A stretch of DNA of 64,000 nucleotides from Bacillota bacterium (GTDB lineage: Bacteria > Bacillota > Sulfobacillia > DUMF01), in NCBI GenBank assembly GCA_049718765.1, contig JBNARI010000002.1:10052-74051 (forward strand), given 5' to 3'. Every line of letters starts with the position of its first letter. Within the stretch, counting starts at the first letter, position 1. Of the stretch, positions 56,630-64,000 are shown in pieces. Made by a program: the position numbers and the translations under genes. The notes under the pieces are model-generated. The model was not told the origin of the DNA, did not search any database, and saw only the letters and a program-made list of their open reading frames with translations.

Positions 56630-57946
56630 TCACGACAGGCCCTTAGGCAGCCAGCCCTCCTTGACGACTTCCTTCGCCTTTACGAGCAGGTCCTCCATGG
56701 TGATCCCGTCCACACCCGTCCTGGCTCCCCTCCGCACGGCCCTCTCCGCCGCACCCTTGCAGATGCCTACTATGACGGCAGGCGAGCAGCCGTCGGTGAT
56801 CCGTGCAAGAAAGTCCAGGTCGATCTCGCCCAGAACGGGCCTCTCCGCGAGCAGCTTCGAAAAAAGAGCTTTGCGCCCCTCGAAGTCCGGCAGACCCACC
56901 TGCACGTGCCTGTCGAACCGCCCCGGTCTCAGAAGCGCTTCGTCCAGCACGTCTATCCTGTTGGTCGCACCGATCACGAACACGTCGCCCCTTGCCGAAA
57001 CGCCGTCAAGCTCCACCAGCAGCTGGTTCAGCAGCACATCGCTCGCCCGGTTCATGTGCGCCCCGTCGCGTCGCCTGCCTATGGCGTCGAGCTCGTCTAT
57101 GAACACTATGGCAGGCTTCCCACACCTGCGGGCTGCATGCCTTGCCAGGGCAAACACCTGGCTCAGCTTCTTCTCCGACGCGCCCACCCACTTCTCCAGC
57201 ACCACACTCGGCCTCACTTCAATCAGCGGGCAGCCGAAGTACTCCGCTGTCGCCCTCGCAAGCGACGTTTTGCCTGTCCCAGGTGGGCCGTAAAGCAGGA
57301 CGCCACGCGCAGGGTCGATCTTGTAGAGTTTCGCCCGCTCCGGGTCCTTAAGCCAGACTTCCAGTGCCCCAAGCATTTCCTCCACTGCGCGCTCGACCCC
57401 CACTAGGCCGTCAAACGCTTGCGGGTTCGGCCCCTTCACGACCACCTCTATACCGTCCACCGAATCACCTCCCGTTCCGATGGGACTGGCCCACGCCTTC
57501 TGGGGCAGCTGCCTTCTCACAGCCTGCAGCCTCCTCACCTCACCAAACAGACGCATGTTCACGAAGTACCCGAGCACCAGCCCCAGCAGCTGCACCAGCT
57601 CTCGAGCGTTCCTGGAGGCCCCAGGCACGAAGAACCCGGCGAGAATCGCGTGCCCGGCTGCCCCTTTCGTCACGAAGCAGCACAGCACAGTGGCTACAAT
57701 GGTCGCATAAGATACCTCGTGAGGCAGCAGCCCCAGCCCCAGAAACAGGCTCCTCCACGTGTACGGCAGGGGACCGCCCCGGTACCAGCCGTAGCACGCA
57801 TACCCAACCGCCACCACCGAAGCCGCAAACAGTAGAGTGCAGAGCGCTCCCACAAGGCTCATCCGCACCCCTGTCCTCGCACCGTTCATCCGCATCCCTC
57901 CTCTTCTGGAGCCGCCACCCTGTGCAAACACAGTCCCGCCCTGCAC
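56630..57946 (-). CDS. Membrane-anchored AAA+ ATPase (classic FtsH/Cdc48 clade)
   Basis: N-terminal TM helices. Walker A 'LLYGPPGTGKTSLA', Walker B 'IVFIDELDAIG', SRH 'ATNRIDVLDEALLRPGRFDRHVQVGLPD'. Confidence 0.8.
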   Translation of the reverse strand: MQGGTVFAQGGGSRRGGMRMNGARTGVRMSLVGALCTLLFAASVVAVGYACYGWYRGGPLPYTWRSLFLGLGLLPHEVSYATIVATVLCCFVTKGAAGHAILAGFFVPGASRNARELVQLLGLVLGYFVNMRLFGEVRRLQAVRRQLPQKAWASPIGTGGDSVDGIEVVVKGPNPQAFDGLVGVERAVEEMLGALEVWLKDPERAKLYKIDPARGVLLYGPPGTGKTSLARATAEYFGCPLIEVRPSVVLEKWVGASEKKLSQVFALARHAARRCGKPAIVFIDELDAIGRRRDGAHMNRASDVLLNQLLVELDGVSARGDVFVIGATNRIDVLDEALLRPGRFDRHVQVGLPDFEGRKALFSKLLAERPVLGEIDLDFLARITDGCSPAVIVGICKGAAERAVRRGARTGVDGITMEDLLVKAKEVVKEGWLPKGLS

Positions 57947-58025
57947 AGGCCCGCCCCATGGCGGACCACAGCAGGGCTCTTACTGATGTTCTTGCAAACG
58001 GCCTAGGGAAGCCGGGCCTGCCAGC

Positions 58026-59909
58026 CTACTCTTCGTGCTCGCCTTCCCGCTTCTGTGTTAGGCCAAGCAGCTCCCACTCGTTCTCAGACACTGTCACACG
58101 CACCGCGGCGTACTGGCTCCTGTCGCTCCCGACCCGCAGAAGCCCCTGGCCGGTCCCGCACGTCCGCAGGAAGTCCCTCTGCCCCTCGGCCAGCTTGAAG
58201 AACTCGCACACGGCCTCAAACTCAGTCGCGTTCTGCTTCATCAGGAACACGCTGTCAAGGTTGCCCATCGTCGCCTGGCCCTTGGGGTTCTGGAACTCGC
58301 AGAAGTGCTGCGTGGCCACCACCAGAGAGCAGTTCCTCTTCCTGGCGCGCCGCGCCATCAGCTCCAGAAAGCTCGCCGTGTCCTCGTACTTCTCGAACAG
58401 CCAGCCCTCGTCCACCACAACCCTCAGCTTCTGCTTCGGCCCCTTCAGGGGGTTCTTCTTTACAAACGCCTCCCAGACCCACTCAAGGCAGACGTGCATG
58501 GCAAACGGCCTCGCTATGCTTTCTTCCAGCCTGGAAACGTCAAACGCCACGAGCAGCGCGTCCCCCAGGCGTATGCTTGACTGGCCGTCGAAGAACCCCA
58601 GGCTCCCTCCCCTGAGGCAGGGCTTCAGCACCGTCCTCAGCCTCTCGGCCCTTTCACCGTACTTGCCCAGCCTCTCGTACAGGGAGCTGAACGTGGGCAT
58701 CTCCTTCTTCACAGGCCCCACGTACACTCTGCCGCCTTCAATCCTGTCCCTCTTCTCGTACAGCGACTCCGGGGCCTGGGTTATCCCCCTCGCCCCGTAC
58801 TCCTCCCTGACCGCTTCCTCTAGAATGGCGCCCTCTTCCGGCGTGAGCCGCTCACCAGCGCTCTGCAGCAGCACCGCGACCAGCGACTTTACGTCGCTCA
58901 CCTTGTCCAGCACCGGCACCCTGTAGCTGCCGTCTTCCCCCTGCTCCGGCTCGAGGTCGAACGGGTTCACGTACACCTCGTCCGCATCCGGGGTCAGCCT
59001 CACGTAGACCCCGCCCATCGCCCGTACGAGGTCGCCGTACTCCCCTTCCGGGTCCAGGAAGACAGTCCTAACCCCAAGCACCGCAGACCTGGCTGCAAGC
59101 ACCTTCAGGAACGTCGTCTTGCCCGCACCGGAAGTCGCTACCACCCCCAGGTGCGGGTTCTGCAGCAGCGGCGGCCCTATGAACGAGTCGTAGAACACGG
59201 GCGCACCCGTGACGAGGTTCATCCCCAGCAGCACGCCCTCCGGGTGGACCACGTCCGCACCAGACCAGGGGAACAGCGCCGTCGCCGCGTACAGGTCGAA
59301 GTTCCGGTACACGTCCATCATCCGGTTGTCGCCGAGGGGCATCACAGTCCTCAGGGCATCAGCCTGCCTCAGAAAGGCCTGTCTCACGTGCACCGCACGC
59401 CCGCCCAGCTTCTCCTCCAGCACCTTGCACTGCCTGTCCAGCTCTTCAAGGCTCTTTGCGGCCACCGAAAAGTGCACCGCAACCGCAAACATGCGGTTCT
59501 GGTTCGTCTGTACCTGCTCCCGCAGCGCCCAGGCGTCCTGCTCCACCCTCCTGAGTACCGACAGGTTCCTGTAGTCACCGCGCTTCTCGTCCGCAATGAC
59601 CTGCGCCTGGATGTTGATGATCTGCTGCGTCAGGGAATCGATCACCTCCTTGTCCGGTATCGGGTACACGTACACCGACACATCCACGTCGCCTGCAGTG
59701 TAAAGGTCGTCCAGCCACCCTACGAACACCTGGCTCGGCACTTCTGACACGAAGTACTGCCTCACGTACCGCCCCGAGCCGATCTGCACGTGCGAGCGCT
59801 CCACGTATATCCCGTCAGGGGCAACCAGGTCGTGCAGCGTCGTCACACCGCCCTCAAAGCTCGGACCCCTGACCCGGAGCTGCTCACCTGCGCCCTTCTT
59901 TCGCCACAC
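58026..59909 (-). CDS. VirB4-family conjugation ATPase (Gram-positive TcpF/PrgJ-like)
   Basis: Walker A 'VVATSGAGKTTFLKVL', Walker B 'RVVVDEGWLF'. 627 aa. Confidence 0.85.
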   Translation of the reverse strand: MWRKKGAGEQLRVRGPSFEGGVTTLHDLVAPDGIYVERSHVQIGSGRYVRQYFVSEVPSQVFVGWLDDLYTAGDVDVSVYVYPIPDKEVIDSLTQQIINIQAQVIADEKRGDYRNLSVLRRVEQDAWALREQVQTNQNRMFAVAVHFSVAAKSLEELDRQCKVLEEKLGGRAVHVRQAFLRQADALRTVMPLGDNRMMDVYRNFDLYAATALFPWSGADVVHPEGVLLGMNLVTGAPVFYDSFIGPPLLQNPHLGVVATSGAGKTTFLKVLAARSAVLGVRTVFLDPEGEYGDLVRAMGGVYVRLTPDADEVYVNPFDLEPEQGEDGSYRVPVLDKVSDVKSLVAVLLQSAGERLTPEEGAILEEAVREEYGARGITQAPESLYEKRDRIEGGRVYVGPVKKEMPTFSSLYERLGKYGERAERLRTVLKPCLRGGSLGFFDGQSSIRLGDALLVAFDVSRLEESIARPFAMHVCLEWVWEAFVKKNPLKGPKQKLRVVVDEGWLFEKYEDTASFLELMARRARKRNCSLVVATQHFCEFQNPKGQATMGNLDSVFLMKQNATEFEAVCEFFKLAEGQRDFLRTCGTGQGLLRVGSDRSQYAAVRVTVSENEWELLGLTQKREGEHEE

Positions 59910-60642
59910 TGCCTGTCACCTCCGGCCTTCGGCCCGAGACGTACGGCTCAAAAAAGCCGTGGTCGACGGCGTCCCGCGCCCTCGCATACGCGCTGCGCTC
60001 CTTGTTCAGCACCGTGTACAGCAGCTCCACAACCTCGTCGGTCGTCAGCTTCCTCCACTTGAGCCACCTGGAAAGCTCTGAGCCGACCACCTCGGCCCTC
60101 CGCAGGAGCTCCTGCCTGGCAAGGCTGAACCTGTCTTCCCCCGGACCAGCGTCGTAGTGGATGACCACGTAGTTCTTCCGCACCAGCGGCGAGTACCGCG
60201 CCCACGCGGCCAAGTACTGGCTGAGCTCCCGCGCGTACCGCCTCAGCTCGGTCGGCAGCCCGGGCATCCGCTCTTCAATCCCCTGGATCTGTCTGCTGAG
60301 GTCAATCTGCCGGGTCTGCGTGTAAAACTGCACCGGGAACGTCAGCGACGCCACCAGAGTCCTGAATGACGCCTCGATGTTGTCCTGCTCTGTCTCGGAA
60401 AGCAGCGGGAAGTTCACTGTACCCACAACTTCCAGCACCAGCCTGTACCTGCCACCTGGCAGCACCACAATCCCGTCGCGTATGTCCTCGAAGCCGAGGA
60501 AGCGCTGGGCTGAGGCGCGCACCTCCAGCTGCGGTCCACTGTCCTCTGCTTGTTTGAGGTACCGCTTCCTGGCCCTTTGCAGAAAGAAAACTGCTGCAGC
60601 GCACACAGCCGCAGCGGGCACCAACGGCCAGAGTTGCGTCAA
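59884..60642 (-). CDS. Membrane-anchored protein paralogous to the VirB4 N-terminal domain
   Basis: 'FEDIRDGIVVLPGGRYRLVLEVVGTVNFPLLSETEQDNI...FPVQFY' parallels the VirB4 N-terminus 'VAPDGIYVERSHVQIGSGRYVRQYFVSEVPSQVFVGWLDDL...VSVYVYPI'. Confidence 0.35.
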   Translation of the reverse strand: MTQLWPLVPAAAVCAAAVFFLQRARKRYLKQAEDSGPQLEVRASAQRFLGFEDIRDGIVVLPGGRYRLVLEVVGTVNFPLLSETEQDNIEASFRTLVASLTFPVQFYTQTRQIDLSRQIQGIEERMPGLPTELRRYARELSQYLAAWARYSPLVRKNYVVIHYDAGPGEDRFSLARQELLRRAEVVGSELSRWLKWRKLTTDEVVELLYTVLNKERSAYARARDAVDHGFFEPYVSGRRPEVTGSVAKEGRR

Positions 60643-60965
60643 GGCACATCCCTCCGGTATGGGAACTCCCGTGGCCTAACGTAGAACAGCACCAGCGCCC
60701 AGAGGTAGCGGTCCAGCGGCATGTCCAGACCAGGCACCCTCACAAACGCCAGCGCTGCAGCAAAGGCCAGAATAGCACCTGCTCCCGCAAGACCCACCCC
60801 AGCCGAAAACGGCCTGAGGGCGCCATGCATCGCAAACGCACCCACAACCCCCGTGAGCACGTACATGGCCTGCCTGAGCGTTGCCTTCCCGCCGAATATC
60901 TTGGGCTCTTCGTCGAGCAGGATCGGAGTGCGGTACAGCCTCAACTCACTGCACCCCCTGCGCAA
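60639..60965 (-). CDS. PrgI/VirB3-like small membrane protein
   Basis: 108 aa. 'ATLRQAMYVLTGVVGAFAM' followed by a second TM helix. Immediately upstream of the VirB4 block. Confidence 0.4.
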   Translation of the reverse strand: MRRGCSELRLYRTPILLDEEPKIFGGKATLRQAMYVLTGVVGAFAMHGALRPFSAGVGLAGAGAILAFAAALAFVRVPGLDMPLDRYLWALVLFYVRPREFPYRRDVP

Positions 60966-61314
60966 AGCCCTTCAGCCAGCCGGCCAGCAGGTGGCTCGAG
61001 AACACGATCAGCGCGCCAATCGTAGTATGCACCAGCCCCTCCATAGCCTCGGCGCGCTTACGCGGGTCAGGCGATGCAGCGAGCTTGTACCCGTTTATGA
61101 TGTACCCCGCTATCACGATGATCGCTCCCAGCGAACGCAGCAGGTTCAGAATAGCAACTGCGAAGTTCACCAGGAAGTTAACGCTTGTCCCCGTGTTCAG
61201 CCCGTCGTCTCCGGTCGACGGATTGGGCACAGGTACACTCCCACTTGCCGCCTCAGCAACCGCCGGAAACAGTGCCACCAGCAGGGCCAAGATTGCACAG
61301 AACGCCCTCATCAT
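60946..61314 (-). CDS. TrbC/VirB2-like pilin-type protein
   Basis: Start reassigned to ATGATG at 61314 with RBS GGAGGGAGGGTG. Signal peptide 'MMRAFCAILALLVALFPAVAEA', then two hydrophobic helices ('LVNFAVAILNLL', 'GAIIVIAGYIINGY'). Confidence 0.5.
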   Translation of the reverse strand: MMRAFCAILALLVALFPAVAEAASGSVPVPNPSTGDDGLNTGTSVNFLVNFAVAILNLLRSLGAIIVIAGYIINGYKLAASPDPRKRAEAMEGLVHTTIGALIVFSSHLLAGWLKGFAQGVQ

Positions 61315-61420
61315 TTCACCCTCCCTCCACGAAAAGATGATCAGCTCACTCCATCCAGCAAGGCTCAGGAGAATCGGAACGCGCAAACTGTCTGCGGGAT
61401 TGTCCGGTGCGATACAAAAA

Positions 61421-62371
61421 CTATCCGTCTTCGAAAACCTGCCACGGGGGATCTGCAACAACGGGGCGCTTGCTCAAAAGCGACTCCCTCAGATTCTTGA
61501 TAATCGCGGACACTTCAGACATTCCATCGACGTTTGCGGAACCGTCATCCGGATAGCATTCCCCAGGACCGCAGGAGCAAGAGGACGCACACACAGAGCG
61601 GCCGCAGCCTTGGGAAAGCTTATCCGGTTCCGAGTTCCGAACGTTAACTGGTGGACATTCGGTTTTACAATTCTTTGTTGTAGTCTCTGTAATAATCTCT
61701 GATGTAATCTCTGATATTACACGTCCATTTTTTAACGCTCGAGCGTCCATTTTGGAACATCGAGCGTCCAAATTGGACGTTCGAACGTCCAAAATGGAAC
61801 ATCGAACGTCCACCGTGGACGTTCGGGCGTGAGCTGGGCTTTCTTTACCAGCAGCTTGATCCTGAAAACCTCCTGCTTCTGCTAGTTCGGGTACAAGCGA
61901 GTACCCGTCAAGGCAGTATCCCAGCTTAGTCAGTTCTTCCTGTATGCGCGCCAGGTTAACCCGGTACTGCATCGTCTTGCTCCACCGGTACCGCGGGTCA
62001 GTTCGCTCGCTCACGTAGCCCCTGTCGATGAGCTCCTGCAGGTGGCGCCTGATCGTCTGCCGCGACAGTCCCAGCATGGTCTCCTCATTTAGTTCCTCGG
62101 CCGATTTGTAAATCCAGCCGTGAGTCTCCTGCACCACACACTGGGGAACCTCTCCCCCGTGCTTGAGCTCTTCTTCCACCCGCTGCCTCTCTTCGCGGAT
62201 GTACGCATCGATGTCGGCAGCGCGCTCGGTCCAGTAAATTAGCTGGTTGAGCAACACCGCTTTTACAAAGTCGCCGGTAAGGGCGACAAGCTCTTCTTTG
62301 ATCACAGCCCTCTTAAGTTTGCGCGGATTGTCCACTGACTGCTGCACCCCCTGCCCCGTGCCCCGAGGCAC
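61421..62371 (-). CDS. RepA_N-family replication initiator (Firmicute plasmid/ICE type) with internal iterons
   Basis: N-terminal 'LLNQLIYWTERA...THGWIYKSAEELNEETMLGLSRQTIRRHLQELIDRGYVSER' fits the RepA_N pattern (NGW.Y.s.eeL.e.lg.S..Ti.r....L...GlI...R). The ORF reads through a 21-bp repeat array. The C-terminal extent is uncertain. Confidence 0.55.
   Translation of the reverse strand: MPRGTGQGVQQSVDNPRKLKRAVIKEELVALTGDFVKAVLLNQLIYWTERAADIDAYIREERQRVEEELKHGGEVPQCVVQETHGWIYKSAEELNEETMLGLSRQTIRRHLQELIDRGYVSERTDPRYRWSKTMQYRVNLARIQEELTKLGYCLDGYSLVPELAEAGGFQDQAAGKESPAHARTSTVDVRCSILDVRTSNLDARCSKMDARALKNGRVISEITSEIITETTTKNCKTECPPVNVRNSEPDKLSQGCGRSVCASSCSCGPGECYPDDGSANVDGMSEVSAIIKNLRESLLSKRPVVADPPWQVFEDG
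61719..61824. repeat. Iteron array: five tandem 21-bp units, each an internal palindrome (GAACGTCCA...TGGACGTTC)
   Basis: Units at 61741, 61762, 61783 and 61804 (GAGCGTCCATTTTGGAACATC / GAGCGTCCAAATTGGACGTTC / GAACGTCCAAAATGGAACATC / GAACGTCCACCGTGGACGTTC), plus a degenerate unit at 61719. Preceded by TAATCTCTGAT direct repeats (61693-61715) in a locally AT-rich patch. Confidence 0.7.
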
Positions 62372-62380
62372 GGCGAAACC

Positions 62381-63367
62381 CTATCTGATCAGTCGCACGC
62401 GCCGTCTGCCTTCCGACGGCAAGCCCTGCCCTCCTTCGGAAGGATAGCCGTCGCCCCGATTGGCGGGTACTGCACTTGCCGTCGCTGTGGCTTCCACGAC
62501 AGGCCGCCACACCCTGGTCGCGCCACCTCCGCCGCTCCTGCCGCCGCCGAAACCCTGCGGCCCTCTGCGCTGGGACACCGGACTTGGGTCGAGTCTGATC
62601 CCAGCGTCGTCCGCTATCAGGCTGGCCGCATGCAGCAGCCCCCGGTACAGCCCTTCGCCGTACTCTCCACGGGCAAAGTACGGCAACATCCCTTCGAGGC
62701 ACTGCCCGGCCCTGGTGTCCGTTATGACTGACTCCAGCCCGTACCCGACCTCCATGCGCACCCGCCCTTCCCTGAGCGAGACGACAACCAGCAGGCCGCG
62801 GTCTTCTCCCTTCCGGCCTATGCCCCACTTCTCGTACAGCCTGGCACTGTACATGGCTCCGCAGACGTCGTGAGTGTCTTCCAGCACCGCAACTGCCACG
62901 CTGACCCCTGTCCGCCTCAGTAGCACATCTGCCACACCGTTCAACCTTGCGGTGTCAGACGAGCTCAGCACGCCTGCGTAGTCGTTGACGTTCGCGTACG
63001 GCTTTGGGTAGAAAGGCTGCGAGTATGCCAGTCCGGGCGCAGCAGCTGCCGCGCCCCTGTATAGCGCTGCGGCACGGGCTGCGGGAAGCGAAGCCTGCTC
63101 TGCATAGCTGGCCTCGTACCCGTCCTCGTATCCGGCCGGACGGACCGGCCGCCTTTCTGCGAGAGCATTCGCCAGCTCCGCCAGGTAGTAGTCGTACTGC
63201 TGCTGAAAAGTCTCCAGGTCAGCTATTGTAGCCCCGAAAAACGAGTATTCCGACCCTCTGCCGAACAGTGCCGCGTCAAGCCACATTTCGTTGCTGCCCG
63301 CACGCGCTGGGCCCGGCAACCCCGTGAGCAGCACCAGAAGAACCCCAAGGGATACCTTTTTCCACAC
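62381..63367 (-). CDS. TPM-domain (TLP18.3/Psb32/MOLO-1-like) secreted protein with Gly-rich tail
   Basis: Signal peptide 'MWKKVSLGVLLVLLTGLPGPARA'. TPM core 'YAGVLSSSDTARLNGVADVLLRRTGVSVAVAVLED...GLLVVVSLREGRVRMEVGYGLE'. Confidence 0.55.
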   Translation of the reverse strand: MWKKVSLGVLLVLLTGLPGPARAGSNEMWLDAALFGRGSEYSFFGATIADLETFQQQYDYYLAELANALAERRPVRPAGYEDGYEASYAEQASLPAARAAALYRGAAAAAPGLAYSQPFYPKPYANVNDYAGVLSSSDTARLNGVADVLLRRTGVSVAVAVLEDTHDVCGAMYSARLYEKWGIGRKGEDRGLLVVVSLREGRVRMEVGYGLESVITDTRAGQCLEGMLPYFARGEYGEGLYRGLLHAASLIADDAGIRLDPSPVSQRRGPQGFGGGRSGGGGATRVWRPVVEATATASAVPANRGDGYPSEGGQGLPSEGRRRVRLIR

Positions 63368-63482
63368 TTATCCCCACCTCCCCGCGCCGCGGTTGAAAAG
63401 GCTACGGACAAAAAGAAAGGGCTCCCACCCCCTTTCCAAGCACCAGACACGTGAGAGTGGTCGCCACAAACACGCCGTGCGC

Positions 63483-63968
63483 TCAGCAGGTAGCCTTTGC
63501 TGCAGGTGAACGCTTGACCCTGCCGAGTTTGAGGAATAACTTCAGTATGCTGGCACGGTCCGTGAGCACGAGTTTTTTCGCGGGCCAGCCCCCAACTCCG
63601 AAGAGCGCAAGCGCCCGGAGTATTTCCTGGCCCTGCTGCGATTCCGGCGGTATGTTGCCGGCCACGAACGCCCTGTAGTACGCCTTGCAGGCCTCCTCGA
63701 AGGCCGCCCTGAACTCCTGACTCTCCTTCGGTTCGCTGCGCGGCGGGATAGTTCCAACGACCACGTACCTTTTGCCCTTGTTCTTGTAGATTATGTCTGC
63801 TACACACCGCGGCTCTAACCCGAGAGCCTGTGCTATGTGCTTGTTCTTAACCCCCATGGCGTGCATGAACAGCACGCACGCGGTTGGGTCGCAGAACCTG
63901 CGCCTGGCCTGTTCTGCGAGGGCAGCTGCCCATTGTTTCTGCAGGTAAGCTTCAAACTTGCGCCGCAC
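63483..63968 (-). CDS. Hypothetical protein with HTH-like segment
   Basis: 161 aa. 'MGVKNKHIAQALGLEPRCVADIIYKN' is HTH-like. The start lies close to the window end. Confidence 0.3.
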   Translation of the reverse strand: MRRKFEAYLQKQWAAALAEQARRRFCDPTACVLFMHAMGVKNKHIAQALGLEPRCVADIIYKNKGKRYVVVGTIPPRSEPKESQEFRAAFEEACKAYYRAFVAGNIPPESQQGQEILRALALFGVGGWPAKKLVLTDRASILKLFLKLGRVKRSPAAKATC

Positions 63969-64000
63969 CTTCGTGAGCTGCTGCCGGACGTTTGATTCGC

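Noticed and set aside
1-64000. CRISPR arrays, rRNA genes, tRNA genes, transposases
   Set aside because: No repeat-spacer architecture, rRNA-like conserved blocks, or cloverleaf-like segments were found in the intergenic gaps I inspected. No transposase domain was recognised, and no integrase or recombinase was recognised either. tRNAs cannot be fully excluded without a covariance search.

Overview
This is a high-GC (about 65-70%) window from a monoderm bacterium; several proteins carry S-layer-homology (SLH) domains. Almost all genes are on the minus strand.

Positions 1-16,000 look chromosomal. They hold an IclR-regulated catabolic cluster: M24 peptidase, BenE-like transporter, an unknown 476-aa enzyme, a ferredoxin, and the meta-cleavage lower-pathway triad mhpD-dmpF-dmpG. 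Next come MoCF-binding and ModD-like genes, a proline-type T-box leader in front of proC, an MFS transporter, meaB, a flavodoxin/Fe-S protein, and a HAD hydrolase translationally coupled to a 5'-truncated cobS remnant.

At about 15,960 an SLH gene runs out of frame into that cobS remnant. This is a deletion or insertion scar. From there to the window end the content is accessory or mobile:
- Two toxin-antitoxin pairs (Phd/Doc and UPF0175/DUF3368).
- A cargo block of secreted SLH and Fn3 surface proteins.
- A conjugation module of Gram-positive type: VirD4-like coupling protein, VirB4, VirB6-like, VirB3-like, two VirB2-like pilins, an M23 cell-wall hydrolase, and an unusual FtsH-class AAA+ ATPase.
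- A complete secretin-less Tad/Flp pilus locus: two tandem Flp pilins (one absent from the ORF track), prepilin peptidase, TadE-like proteins, TadB, TadC, CpaF, CpaE, CpaB, and a degenerate second CpaE/ParA-like protein. A glycosyltransferase pair is embedded in it.
- A ParM/ParR-like partition cassette next to TGTGGCACA centromere-like repeats.
- A RepA_N-type initiator whose ORF contains a 21-bp iteron array.
- RusA-like and Hjc-like junction resolvases, and a ParB-nuclease-domain protein with a long coiled coil.

No rRNA, tRNA or CRISPR arrays were recognised. No integrase or recombinase gene was recognised in the window either. Many long plus-strand ORFs in the track are high-GC antisense artefacts.
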